From contig QZJD01000054.1 of NCBI GenBank assembly GCA_003604995.1, forward strand, positions 9,692 to 73,691: DNA of 64,000 bases, in the 5' to 3' direction. The DNA is from Desulfobulbus sp. GTDB lineage: Bacteria > Desulfobacterota > Desulfobulbia > Desulfobulbales > Desulfobulbaceae. Position numbers and translations under genes: made by a program. Shown here piece by piece: positions 34,836 to 43,901 of this stretch. The notes under the pieces are model-generated. The model searched no databases. It was not told where the DNA came from and saw only the letters and a list, made by a program, of their open reading frames with translations. Each line of letters starts with the position of its first letter. Positions within the stretch are counted from its first letter, which is position 1.

Positions 34836-36074
34836 TTATACATGCCGCAACGCCTTGATCGGGTCCAGCTGCGACGCCTTGAAGGCCGGCTGCAGGCTGG
34901 CCAGGACCGAGCCGATCACCACGATGATCGAGATGACGGCGAGTTCCGGCCAGTTGATCCCGGCCTGGAGGAGGAGACCCTGCTGGCGGCCGAAGTCGTA
35001 GGTGATCTGCGACAGGTTGAGGATCCAGATGATCACGATCCCGACAATATTGCCGGCCACCGCCCCGGCCAGGCCCATGCAGAATCCTTCCAGCATGAAC
35101 AGGGACAGGATCTTGCCCGGCATGGTGCCGATGGCCGCCATGGTGCCGATCTCGTTGATCCGTTCATAGACCGCCATGACCATCACGTTCATGATGCTGA
35201 TCAGGACGATGGCGATGAGCATCAGCTTGATGAACAGGGTCATCACATCGATCATCCGGGCGATATTGAAGAAGGGCGAGAGTTTTTCCCAGGTATGGAG
35301 CTCGAAGATCGGCTTGCCCTGCTGGTTCAACTCCCCGGCGAGCGTTGCCGCCAGACGGTCGCTGACTGATGCCAGCCGGTCGAAGTCCTTGAGGCGCACC
35401 GCGAATTCGCTGATCTCCTTGGACTCCAGCCGCAGGATCTCCGCGGCGTCCTCGATGTGCAGATAGCCGTCGCGGCCGCCCGGGCCGGTGACGCTCTCCA
35501 GAATGCCCGCGACCAGGAGCTGCTTGCCGTTCACCGAACCGTCCTGGTTGGTGGCCACGATGACCACGCTGTCGCCGACCTTGACCTTCATCCCTTTGGC
35601 GAGCAGTTCGGGGAGCCAGAGTTCGCCCCGGGCCAGGGTGTTTTTCCCCTCCAGGATCCGGGCGGCAAGCAGGGGCGCGGTGGCAAACTCGCGCTCCGGA
35701 TCGATGCCGTTCAAGCGGATATTGGTGGTCTCCACATAGGTGGAGAACATGGCCCCGAACTTGATGCGCGGGGAATACGCGGCGATTTCCTTTTCCTCGT
35801 CCAGGATTTTTTCCAGGCGGTCGATGGCTCCGCCCTTGAGGTTCAGGTTGAGGGGCAGGTTGTCGATGGAGGCGACATAGCCCTTGCGGTGCACCTGCAG
35901 GTGGCCGAGCATGGCGTCGGTGTTCTGGGCGATCATCATCGCCTTGAAGGATCCGGTCACCGAGACGAAGACCAGGACAAAGACCACACCGAGGATGATC
36001 AGCGACGAGGTGAGCAGGGTGCGGCGCTTGTAGCGCAGCAGGTTGCGCAGGGCGATCTTGAGCAGGTTAGGCAT
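34836..36074 (-). CDS. ABC transporter permease, FtsX/MacB-LolCE type
   Basis: N-terminal TM, large periplasmic domain, and a C-terminal 3-TM FtsX-like domain. Confidence 0.85.
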   Translation of the reverse strand: MPNLLKIALRNLLRYKRRTLLTSSLIILGVVFVLVFVSVTGSFKAMMIAQNTDAMLGHLQVHRKGYVASIDNLPLNLNLKGGAIDRLEKILDEEKEIAAYSPRIKFGAMFSTYVETTNIRLNGIDPEREFATAPLLAARILEGKNTLARGELWLPELLAKGMKVKVGDSVVIVATNQDGSVNGKQLLVAGILESVTGPGGRDGYLHIEDAAEILRLESKEISEFAVRLKDFDRLASVSDRLAATLAGELNQQGKPIFELHTWEKLSPFFNIARMIDVMTLFIKLMLIAIVLISIMNVMVMAVYERINEIGTMAAIGTMPGKILSLFMLEGFCMGLAGAVAGNIVGIVIIWILNLSQITYDFGRQQGLLLQAGINWPELAVISIIVVIGSVLASLQPAFKASQLDPIKALRHV

Positions 36075-36771
36075 GGTATGCCCCTCCGTGCGGCGCGGTA
36101 TCCTTCAGCCGGCCGTCTTCCAGGGTATGGATGATTTCGGCCACGCCGACGATCTTCGGGTCATGGGTCGAGAAGACAAAGGTGGTGGCGAACCGGTCCC
36201 GCATTTCCTTCATCAACTCGATGACCCGGTAGGCGGTCTGGTGATCCAGGTTGGCGGTGGGCTCGTCGGCCAGGACCAGGCGGGGATTGGTGACCAGTGC
36301 CCGGGCCACCGCCACCCGCTGTTTCTGGCCGCCGGAGATCTGGGAGGGGTATTTGTCGCGCTGCTCGGTCATGCCCACGGCGGCGAGCAGGGCCATGACC
36401 CGTTCCCTGCGCTCATCCGCCGGGACATTCTGCACCATGAGCAGGGGGTACTCGATGTTCTCGTACACGGTGAGCACCGGCAGCAGGTTGAAATCCTGGA
36501 AGATGAAGCCGATGTTCTGCCCGCGGAAGGCCGCGGACTGCTTGCGGTTAAGCGTTGCCACCTCCTGGTCCATGACCCTGAGGGTACCGCCGCTCGGCCG
36601 GTCCAGGCAGCCGATCATGTTGAGCAGGGTGGACTTGCCGCTGCCCGAGGGGCCGACAAAGGAGACAAAGGTCTCGGGACTGATGGTGAAATCCACCCCG
36701 CGGATGGCCTCCACCTCGATATCGCCCACGGTATATGTTTTCTTCAGCCCTTGGGCCTCGACCAAGACCAT
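36067..36771 (-). CDS. ABC transporter ATP-binding protein (LolD/MacB-like)
   Basis: [36 protein letters not shown]. Confidence 0.9.
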   Translation of the reverse strand: MVLVEAQGLKKTYTVGDIEVEAIRGVDFTISPETFVSFVGPSGSGKSTLLNMIGCLDRPSGGTLRVMDQEVATLNRKQSAAFRGQNIGFIFQDFNLLPVLTVYENIEYPLLMVQNVPADERRERVMALLAAVGMTEQRDKYPSQISGGQKQRVAVARALVTNPRLVLADEPTANLDHQTAYRVIELMKEMRDRFATTFVFSTHDPKIVGVAEIIHTLEDGRLKDTAPHGGAYHA

Positions 36772-37062
36772 CCCCTACCTCCTTTTCGTAGAAATACGTT
36801 CATCGGGAACAGCTGTACCTCCATGGCAGTATACAAATATTGTACCAGAAAAAGGTTGTGTTGGCATCTGATTGTTTTTGGAGGATTTGTGTGCCGCGAT
36901 GGCGTATCATGCAGGGAGACGGGCCAGCGGACCGGGTCGTGATTGATCAGTAACTGTACATTGTGGGGACGATGGTGTACAGAATTTAGACGCTTGGGCG
37001 GACTCCCCACGGTTGTCCGTGTTTCCATTCCGGGGTGGGCGCCGGCACGCTGTTTTCGCTCG

Positions 37063-37773
37063 TTACGACGGCAACCAGGGGCGCACGATAAAATATATTC
37101 CCAGGCCGCCGATCAGGATACCCGCACCCTTCCTGAACCAGGTGCCGCTTTGCTGAAATGACGTATTTCCCAGCAGCCTTTTGACCACCGCCGCCGAACT
37201 GCCGGCGATCACGATGGGCAGGCAATGGCCCAGGGCAAAAAGGAGCAGGAGCAGGATTCCGGTGACGAGCTGTTCCTGAACGGTGATGATCGCCAGGATC
37301 GGGGCAATGAATCCGAAGGTGCAGGAACCGGACAGGACGCCGTAGGCCAGGCCCAGGACAAAGGCGCCGGGGAGCCCCTTGAGCTGCAATCTGCCCAGCG
37401 CGTTGCCGGGCAGGCCGCACTTGGCGATCCCCAGCATGTCAACGGCCACCCAGAGGAGAATGACGCCGACAAAGATGGTCCAGTAGGGGCCGATATCGCC
37501 CAGCATCCTCCCCAGAGCGATGCAGATCAGCCCGACCAGGGCGATGGTGAGGAAGAGGCCGGTGGTGAAGAGCACCGCAAAGGGCACGGCCTGCCGGCCG
37601 CTGATAATGGTTTGCTGCCCGCCTACATAGCCGATGATCAGCGGGATGGAGGCCATGTGGCAGGGACTGAACAGGACGCTGACCATGCCCCAGGCGAAAC
37701 ACCCGAAGGCGGCCAGGAGAAGGCCGCCGGACATCCACTGGTTGATCGCCAGAAAGAGAGCGTCCATGCTCAT
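37063..37773 (-). CDS. cytochrome c biogenesis CcdA/DsbD-transmembrane-domain protein
   Basis: Six or more TM segments, with the conserved PC motif (LFSPCHMASIPL) and a second Cys (SGSCTFGFI). Confidence 0.85.
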   Translation of the reverse strand: MSMDALFLAINQWMSGGLLLAAFGCFAWGMVSVLFSPCHMASIPLIIGYVGGQQTIISGRQAVPFAVLFTTGLFLTIALVGLICIALGRMLGDIGPYWTIFVGVILLWVAVDMLGIAKCGLPGNALGRLQLKGLPGAFVLGLAYGVLSGSCTFGFIAPILAIITVQEQLVTGILLLLLFALGHCLPIVIAGSSAAVVKRLLGNTSFQQSGTWFRKGAGILIGGLGIYFIVRPWLPS

Positions 37774-38150
37774 TTTCTCTCCAGGAGCATATCAAGCCAT
37801 TTTTTGATCTTTTCCTTGTCCATGAAGCCGACGTGCCGGTACGCTTCCTTGCCGTGCCGGTCATAAAAGATCTGAGTGGGGATGGACTGGATGCCGAAAC
37901 GCGGGCCCTGGCTCCGATCCTCCCAGACATCGATGAAGATCACCGCGGCCCTTCCCTGGTACTCCACCTTCAGTTCTTCGAGGATGGGCGCCATCATCTT
38001 GCAGGGGATGCAGGATTTCGCGCCGATATCCACCATGGTGACGGTATCCTTGACCGGGACGACCGGCTCCTCGGCGGCCCGGAGGGTTGCGGGATGCACT
38101 AGGACCAGCAGGGCAAGAAGCAGCAGAAGATAACGGATGGTGAATTTCAT
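37770..38150 (-). CDS. periplasmic thioredoxin-like protein (CIPC)
   Basis: ORF trimmed to ATG 38150. Signal peptide MKFTIRYLLLLLALLVLVHPATLRA. Thioredoxin fold with the CIPC active site. Confidence 0.8.
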   Translation of the reverse strand: MKFTIRYLLLLLALLVLVHPATLRAAEEPVVPVKDTVTMVDIGAKSCIPCKMMAPILEELKVEYQGRAAVIFIDVWEDRSQGPRFGIQSIPTQIFYDRHGKEAYRHVGFMDKEKIKKWLDMLLERK

Positions 38151-38402
38151 GGGTTCTCCTTGATTCATTCAAGCAATAATCTTGATGACCCGGCAAAAAA
38201 AATGATCTCCTGCGTTGTGGTGGGTTCGGCCAATGCCCGACGTACCTTGGGTGCGCCTGCGCGTGGCCGACACCACCACGCCTCGGAGTCTCACTTCGTT
38301 CGCTTTACCTGTATATAGAACTTTTGTGCTGAGCCATCGGCAGCGTATTGTTAAGTTTGCGAGTTTAGCAATATTGGGGAAAAAGGCACATCACATTTTG
38401 AA

Positions 38403-38846
38403 TTATCGAGCCGTCGCTTTGATCAAATCCCTTGCCGCATCGCCGCGCAGCGCATCGGCCAGGCCGAGCAGCCCGTCGGTCAGATATTTGGCCTTGTATC
38501 CCTTGGTGGTCAGATAGATCCTGGCCAGGTTGGCCCGGTCGTTGTGGGGACAGGCGGTGACGATCAGCTTGTTTTTGTCCAGTTCCTGGAGACGGCCGGG
38601 CAATTCGTTCAGGGGGATGTTGATCGCCGCGCCCATTCGCCAAGCCTGGAATTCCTCAGGAAAACGGATGTCGATCAACTGGACTTCCCCTTTTTTCAAC
38701 AGTTCGACCAGTTCCTTGCTGGTAATCTTCATTTCCTTGCGTTCCTGAAGGTCGAACCTGGCCAGATATTCGTCCAGGGTTTCCGCGCCCGCGTGGAGCG
38801 GTAGCAGGCAAAAAACAGCGAGCAGAATGATGATGCGGGATTTCAT
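38403..38846 (-). CDS. periplasmic rhodanese-domain protein
   Basis: Signal peptide MKSRIIILLAVFCLLPLHAGA. Active-site loop VTACPHNDRA. Its start overlaps the CDF stop (ATGA). Confidence 0.75.
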   Translation of the reverse strand: MKSRIIILLAVFCLLPLHAGAETLDEYLARFDLQERKEMKITSKELVELLKKGEVQLIDIRFPEEFQAWRMGAAINIPLNELPGRLQELDKNKLIVTACPHNDRANLARIYLTTKGYKAKYLTDGLLGLADALRGDAARDLIKATAR

Positions 38847-39838
38847 GAAGTTCCTCTGTGGTTATGGTTGAGTGTGGTGGGCGTTGGGTTCCTGCCGGGC
38901 CAGCAGGCCCCCGGCCCGGTTGTGTCGTTGACGTGGCAGATTTTGCCCATATCTTCGGTCTCAATCTGGATGGTGGCGTGGTGGATGGCGAAGTCATGGC
39001 GCAGCTCCTCGGCAATGCGGTGCAGGAGTGCGTCATCGCTGCCCCCCGGCATGACCAGGTGGGCGGTGAGGACATTTTCCGTGGTGCTGGCGGCCCAGAT
39101 ATGCAGGTCATGAACACAGGACACCCCGGGCAGGCCGGTCAGATAGTCCAGCACGGCCTGGGCGTTGATCCCGGACGGGACCCCGGCCATGGTGAGATGG
39201 AGGGAATCCTTGAGCAACCCCCAGCCCGCCAGCAGAACAAGCACCGCGATAGCGATGGAGATCAGCGGATCGTGCAGGTGCCAGCCGGTGGCGGCGATGA
39301 CCAGCCCGGCGACCACCACCCCGGCCGAAACCGCGGCGTCGGCCGCCATGTGCAGGAAGGCCCCCTTGATGTTGAGGTCATCCTTGCGGCCGGAGAGAAA
39401 GAGCAGGGCGGTGGCGGTATTGATCACCACGCCGATGGCGGCGACCACGGTGATGGTCATTCCCTGGACCGGCGCGGGCGAGCCCAGGCGGCCAACCGCT
39501 TCCCAGATGATGACGCCGATGGCCGCATACAGAAACAGGGCGCTGCCCAGCGAAACCAGGATGGTGCCCTTTTTGAATCCGAAGGTGTGCCGGGGGGTAG
39601 CGACCCGCCTGGCCATGATCATGGCCCCCCAGGCCAGGACAAGGGTCATGACGTCGCTCAGGTTGTGGCCGGCGTCGGCCACCAGGGCCAGCGAATTCGA
39701 GGCGAAGCCGTAGCCTGCCTCGACCAGGACAAAGGCCAGGTTCAGGATCGTGCCCAGGGCAAAGGCACGGTTGAAATTAGCCGGGGCGTGGCCGTGACCA
39801 TGGCAACCGGAATGGTCGTGCTGGTGATCGTGTCCCAT
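38843..39838 (-). CDS. cation diffusion facilitator (CzcD-type) metal efflux transporter
   Basis: His-rich N-terminus MGHDHQHDHSGCHGHGH. CDF signature ..SLALVADAGHNLSDV.. and a C-terminal cytoplasmic domain. Confidence 0.9.
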   Translation of the reverse strand: MGHDHQHDHSGCHGHGHAPANFNRAFALGTILNLAFVLVEAGYGFASNSLALVADAGHNLSDVMTLVLAWGAMIMARRVATPRHTFGFKKGTILVSLGSALFLYAAIGVIIWEAVGRLGSPAPVQGMTITVVAAIGVVINTATALLFLSGRKDDLNIKGAFLHMAADAAVSAGVVVAGLVIAATGWHLHDPLISIAIAVLVLLAGWGLLKDSLHLTMAGVPSGINAQAVLDYLTGLPGVSCVHDLHIWAASTTENVLTAHLVMPGGSDDALLHRIAEELRHDFAIHHATIQIETEDMGKICHVNDTTGPGACWPGRNPTPTTLNHNHRGTS

Positions 39839-39968
39839 CGTACCTTGTTACGCTGTTTCCAGGTGCGGTTATTGCCGTCGTTGGAATGGACGTTTTTTCG
39901 ATACCCGTGTCACCGGCAAACACAGATCATGGTAAATCGCTTCATCGGTCACACTCCTGTTTCATCCC

Positions 39969-40190
39969 TCAGCCACTCTTTGATCCGGGCGCGCTGGGCA
40001 GACGGTCCGCGCATTTCACCTCGCCATTGATCACCAGGGCCGGGGTGTGCATGACTCCGAAGCGGGTAATTTCGTCGGGGTCGTGGACCTGCGCGACATC
40101 ACCGGCAACCCGCAGTTCGGCCATGATTTCGATCAGCAGCTTCTGCAGGTTATTGCAGGCGACCCTGCCGGTGTCAAGAATGCGGATCAC
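39969..40190 (-). CDS. thioredoxin-fold protein related to 43194..43427 but lacking the CXXC site
   Basis: MIRILDTGRVACNNLQ... aligns with MEIKVLGPGCAKCAEVE... Shared blocks are FGVMHTPALVINGEVKC and FGVFATPAVVIDGQVKC. GTG start in a GTGA overlap with the upstream ORF. Confidence 0.55.
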   Translation of the reverse strand: MIRILDTGRVACNNLQKLLIEIMAELRVAGDVAQVHDPDEITRFGVMHTPALVINGEVKCADRLPSAPGSKSG

Positions 40191-40363
40191 TGAATCACGA
40201 CCGTTGTTCTGTTCTTCGCCGCGATTTCCCCGTACACCTGGGAAACGGCATCTACGAGATCCAGATCAGGGTGTTGCAGTATCCGGTTCAGGGCGACAGC
40301 CAGTCCGATCAGGCCGACCGCGGCGCGGCCGATACGCAGCATTTGCTGCAAAGGGGCATCCAT
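40187..40363 (-). CDS. small hypothetical protein (58 aa), start uncertain
   Basis: 3' part of ORF 40187..40600. The 5' part of that ORF overlaps the USP gene out of frame. The first ATG after the USP stop gives MDAPLQQMLRIGRAAVGLIGLAVALNRIL... Weak Shine-Dalgarno. Confidence 0.3.
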   Translation of the reverse strand: MDAPLQQMLRIGRAAVGLIGLAVALNRILQHPDLDLVDAVSQVYGEIAAKNRTTVVIQ

Positions 40364-40473
40364 GGGAGTTATTATTCCTGCACAGACAGCCTCTTTTCGG
40401 GGCTGAATTTTGATGGCGTCGCAGAAAGTAAAAACATGTTTCTGTTTTTCATAATCATAGCGGTAGAATCCCC

Positions 40474-41361
40474 TTACGGCAGCATCGGGATGAACAGTAC
40501 CGGTTGCTCGGCCCGGCGGGCGACCTGGTGCGCCACGCTGCCCAGCAATAATTCCCTGGTGATCCCCTTGCCCTGGGTTCCCATCAGGATCAGGGAACAT
40601 CCCTGGTCCCGAGCAGTGTTGACGATGATCTCGCCGGCCGACCCACCCGGAACGAGTTCCGTTTTGACCTCAGAGGCACCTGTCTGTTCCAGCCACAGCT
40701 TCAGCCGGTTCAACCTGGCCTGGTTGATTTTCTGCTGAGAAAGGGCATCACGCCGGGCGGCAAACATTGGCCGGGGCTGTTCCTCCTGAACATGGAGCAG
40801 GGTGACCGGGCAATGAACGGCACGGACCAGGGTTTCGAGGTAGGCCAGAGCGACTTCCGACGCATCGGAAAAATCCAGGGGGAACAGGATGCGGGTAAAG
40901 AGCTTGCAGGGGATCAATGTCTCATTTTCCGTTGCCTTGGCGTTTCGGACGAGCAGCACCGGACGGCTTGTCTTCTGCAGGAGTTTGGCCGATACGTTGC
41001 CCAGCGGGCTGCCGACGAGGGTCATGGATTCAAAGAGTCCCCGGCCGTGCGTGCCGATGACGATAGCCGATACGTCATGCTTTTCCGCCAGGTCGAGCAG
41101 TGCCTGGGGCGGGTGGCCCGCCACTATTTCCATGGATACGGTAAAGCCGGCGGTTTCCAGGATTTTTTTCTGGCGCGCCAATTCCGGTTCGGCCTGGGCG
41201 CGCAGCATTTTTTCGACGCCGGGGGTATCGGTCAGGATGGCATGCGCCAGAATCACCTGTTCCGCACCCAGTGATTTCAGGGACGCAACACAGGCAAGAA
41301 GCTGGTGATTCGATGGGTACGGATCAACGCAGACCAGAATTTTCGTAAACATAGCATTCAT
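40474..41361 (-). CDS. tandem universal stress protein (UspA) domain protein
   Basis: Two Usp domains, each ending in a G-x2-G-x9-G(S/T)-like ATP motif (IGTHGRGLFESMTLVGSPLGNVS and MGTQGKGITRELLLGSVAHQV). Confidence 0.85.
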   Translation of the reverse strand: MNAMFTKILVCVDPYPSNHQLLACVASLKSLGAEQVILAHAILTDTPGVEKMLRAQAEPELARQKKILETAGFTVSMEIVAGHPPQALLDLAEKHDVSAIVIGTHGRGLFESMTLVGSPLGNVSAKLLQKTSRPVLLVRNAKATENETLIPCKLFTRILFPLDFSDASEVALAYLETLVRAVHCPVTLLHVQEEQPRPMFAARRDALSQQKINQARLNRLKLWLEQTGASEVKTELVPGGSAGEIIVNTARDQGCSLILMGTQGKGITRELLLGSVAHQVARRAEQPVLFIPMLP

Positions 41362-41422
41362 CCTTTCATGATGATTGTCGGCAGGGGCGCCAATTTCCTG
41401 GTAACGTCCCGTTTTTTCTTCT

Positions 41423-42721
41423 CTACGCGAACAGGGCGCCGTACAGATAGCCGCAGCCGGTGGCCAGGATGACGACCAGGGTGACGAAGACCGCTGTTTT
41501 CTTGTTGCCCATGACGCTGCGGATCACCAGCATGTTGGGCAGGCTCAGCGCCGGGCCGGCCAGGAGCAGGGCCAGGGCGGGTCCCTTGCCCATGCCGGCG
41601 CCCATCAGGCCCTGGAGAATCGGCACCTCGGTTAGGGTGGCGAAATACATGAAGGCCCCGGCAAAGGAGGCGACAAAGTTGGCGGCCAGCGAGTTGCCCC
41701 CCACAGCCCGTTCCACCCAGGCCGAGGGGATAAGTCCTTCCATGCCGGGCCGCCCCAGGAGGAGTCCGGCAACCAGCACCCCGAAGAGGAGCAGCGGCAG
41801 GATCAGTTTGGCGAAATCCCAGGAAGAGCGGAACCACTGGCCGGCCTGATCCTCCCTGGTGCTGGTCAGGAGGGAAAGGGCAACCACCCCGATTACGAAG
41901 GCGGCCAGGGGCGTTTCCGGAAAGGCAAGGGCAACGCCGAGAACCGCCAGGCCGGAGATACCGAGCTGCCATGCCGAAAGGGAGAACCAGGCCGCGAGCT
42001 GGACGGCCAGCAGGATCGCCAGGCCGCCGGTTATCCACCACTTGGCGGCAAAGATCGTATGCCACAGCCCGGATTCCTCCATGGGCCGGCCCCAGTTGGC
42101 AAAGACCAGGATCCCGACCATGGTGGCGAAATAGACCGCCGTTTGCCACAGCGGCCGGCCGCCCTCATCCTCGGGAACATAAATCCGGCTGTCGGCGTCG
42201 GCCTTTTTTTCCGGGAAAAAGAGTTCCATCAACAACCCGATGATCACGCTGAAGATGATTGCGCCGAGCGCCCGGGCGATGCCCATTTCCGGGCCCAGGA
42301 TCCGGGCGGTCAGGATGATGGCCAGGACATTGATGGCCGGGCCGGAATAGAGGAAGGCGCAGGCCGGCCCGAGACCGGCCCCCATCCGGTAGATCCCGGC
42401 GAAGAGCGGCAGGATCGTGCAGGAGCAGACCGCGAGGATGGTGCCGGACACCGAGGCGACGCCATAGGCCAGGACTTTATTCGCCGCCGGGCCCAGGTAT
42501 TTCATCACCGCGCCCTGGCTGACAAAGACGGCGATGGCGCCGGCAATGAAAAAGGCGGGGATCAGGCAGAGCAGGACATGTTCCCGGGCATACCACTTGA
42601 CGAGATGGAACGCCTCCATCAGGGCGTTGTCGAACCGCTCCCAGCCCACCGGCAGATAATAGCAGCCCAGAAAAATGAGCACCATGGCCGCGAAGGCCTT
42701 CCATTCATTTTTCCATTCCAC
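41423..42721 (-). CDS. COG0701/DUF318-type permease (ArsP-like), copy 1
   Basis: Polytopic membrane protein with conserved SGTILAVCSCTILPLFAGI (CxC motif) and a duplicated half. Confidence 0.85.
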   Translation of the reverse strand: MEWKNEWKAFAAMVLIFLGCYYLPVGWERFDNALMEAFHLVKWYAREHVLLCLIPAFFIAGAIAVFVSQGAVMKYLGPAANKVLAYGVASVSGTILAVCSCTILPLFAGIYRMGAGLGPACAFLYSGPAINVLAIILTARILGPEMGIARALGAIIFSVIIGLLMELFFPEKKADADSRIYVPEDEGGRPLWQTAVYFATMVGILVFANWGRPMEESGLWHTIFAAKWWITGGLAILLAVQLAAWFSLSAWQLGISGLAVLGVALAFPETPLAAFVIGVVALSLLTSTREDQAGQWFRSSWDFAKLILPLLLFGVLVAGLLLGRPGMEGLIPSAWVERAVGGNSLAANFVASFAGAFMYFATLTEVPILQGLMGAGMGKGPALALLLAGPALSLPNMLVIRSVMGNKKTAVFVTLVVILATGCGYLYGALFA

Positions 42722-42793
42722 GGGGAACCTCCTTCATGGCGCGGGTCACCGGTTAGCCCTGCTCGGCCCCTGCCTGTTGTCTTGGCGGATGAC

Positions 42794-43177
42794 TCAGCAG
42801 CAGCCGGCGACCTTGCACACCGCCTGCCGGACCAGGTCCTGGGGGATCGTTTCGTATGTCCGGCCCAGGTGCACCAGGGTCCGGCACTGTTCGTTCCCGC
42901 CGGTCAGATCGCCGCAGGAGGGGCAGCAGCTGGTCGATGCACCCGCATGCGGCAGGATATCCTCCAGGAGGACATCATTGATCAGGATGGTGTTGGACTT
43001 GGCGATCTGTTCGGGGGGGAGCAGGGTTTCCCTGAACAGGATCTCCACGCCCCGGGGCGCGCACTCCCTGCGCAGCCGTTCGATTGCCTGGCGCAGTTCC
43101 AGGCCGGTATCGCCGCAGCGCTGGCAGGTTTCGCCGCCAACCGCCAGATAAAGCCAATCAATGGTAATTGTTTTCAT
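42794..43177 (-). CDS. Cys-rich DUF2703-like protein (thioredoxin/ArsD-like fold family by recollection)
   Basis: MKTITIDWLYLAVGGETCQRCGDTG..., STSCCPSCGD, and a C-terminal KVAGCC. Confidence 0.6.
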   Translation of the reverse strand: MKTITIDWLYLAVGGETCQRCGDTGLELRQAIERLRRECAPRGVEILFRETLLPPEQIAKSNTILINDVLLEDILPHAGASTSCCPSCGDLTGGNEQCRTLVHLGRTYETIPQDLVRQAVCKVAGCC

Positions 43178-43193
43178 GGCAGTTCCCGCACAG

Positions 43194-43427
43194 TTATTTT
43201 TTCAGCCAGGCGAGGGCCTCGGCCTTTGAGGGCACCTTGCCCACGCATTTGACCTGGCCGTCGATCACCACCGCCGGCGTGGCGAACACGCCGAAACCGG
43301 CGATCTTCTGAAAATCGCTGACTTTTTCAATGGTGGCCGAAACTCCTGCCTCGTCGACCGCCGCCCGCATGATTTTTTCAACTTCGGCGCATTTGGCGCA
43401 ACCAGGTCCTAATACCTTGATTTCCAT
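43194..43427 (-). CDS. small thioredoxin-family protein ('redox-active disulfide protein 2' type)
   Basis: 77 aa. MEIKVLGPGCAKCAEVEK with CXXC. Typical partner of DUF318 permeases. Confidence 0.8.
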   Translation of the reverse strand: MEIKVLGPGCAKCAEVEKIMRAAVDEAGVSATIEKVSDFQKIAGFGVFATPAVVIDGQVKCVGKVPSKAEALAWLKK

Positions 43428-43463
43428 TATTTTTCTCCTTGTTCTCTGAATGTGGAGGCCAGT

Positions 43464-43889
43464 TCATTCCCCGGCCGGTTTAGTCCTGTCGCCGAGGGAT
43501 TTGATGTCCACGATCGGCGTCCCGTCGATCACGTCCACTCCGGTCACCTCGATACGGTTGCCGTCCACCCTGAGGACCTTGTACTCCGAGAGGGCGATGG
43601 GGTTCGGCCGGATGGGGCTGCGGGTGGAAAACACGCCGCGCAGGCCTCGGCTGCGGTCGCCCCGCGGGTAGACCTTCATCTGGTCGCGGCGGGCCTGGTG
43701 CAGCCAGAAGAGAACGATGATGGTCTGGCCGACCTCGATGCCCTCCATGGCCGGAAGAAAGGGCGGAAAGATCTCCAGGGTGCCGGGGATGTTCGATACC
43801 GTGTAGTATCTGGGCGCCTCCTCGGGTGTCCGCAGTTCGCAGTGCATGACCCCGATGGGGGTGAGGGTGATTCCCGCTGATTCGTCCAT
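43464..43889 (-). CDS. TrmO/TsaA (YaeB)-like SAM-binding beta-barrel domain protein, short form
   Basis: PIGVMHCEL.., GIEVGQTIIVLFWLH, RGVFSTRSPIRPNPIALS, VDVIDGTPIVDIK. Confidence 0.75.
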   Translation of the reverse strand: MDESAGITLTPIGVMHCELRTPEEAPRYYTVSNIPGTLEIFPPFLPAMEGIEVGQTIIVLFWLHQARRDQMKVYPRGDRSRGLRGVFSTRSPIRPNPIALSEYKVLRVDGNRIEVTGVDVIDGTPIVDIKSLGDRTKPAGE

Positions 43890-43901
43890 ATTCGCCTCCG
43901 C

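Noticed and set aside
38212-38281. Imperfect long inverted repeat (gcgttgtggtgggttcggcc ... ggccgacaccaccacgc) in the rhodanese-thioredoxin gap.
   Set aside because: The arms need several mismatches and indels, and the loop is ~33 nt. It may be a degenerate extragenic repeat, but I cannot tell it apart from chance GC-rich complementarity.
39839-39968. Possible NiCo/czcD-type riboswitch in the CDF leader.
   Set aside because: I cannot recognise the conserved junction nucleotides with any confidence. Only generic complementary segments are visible, and a covariance-model scan is needed.
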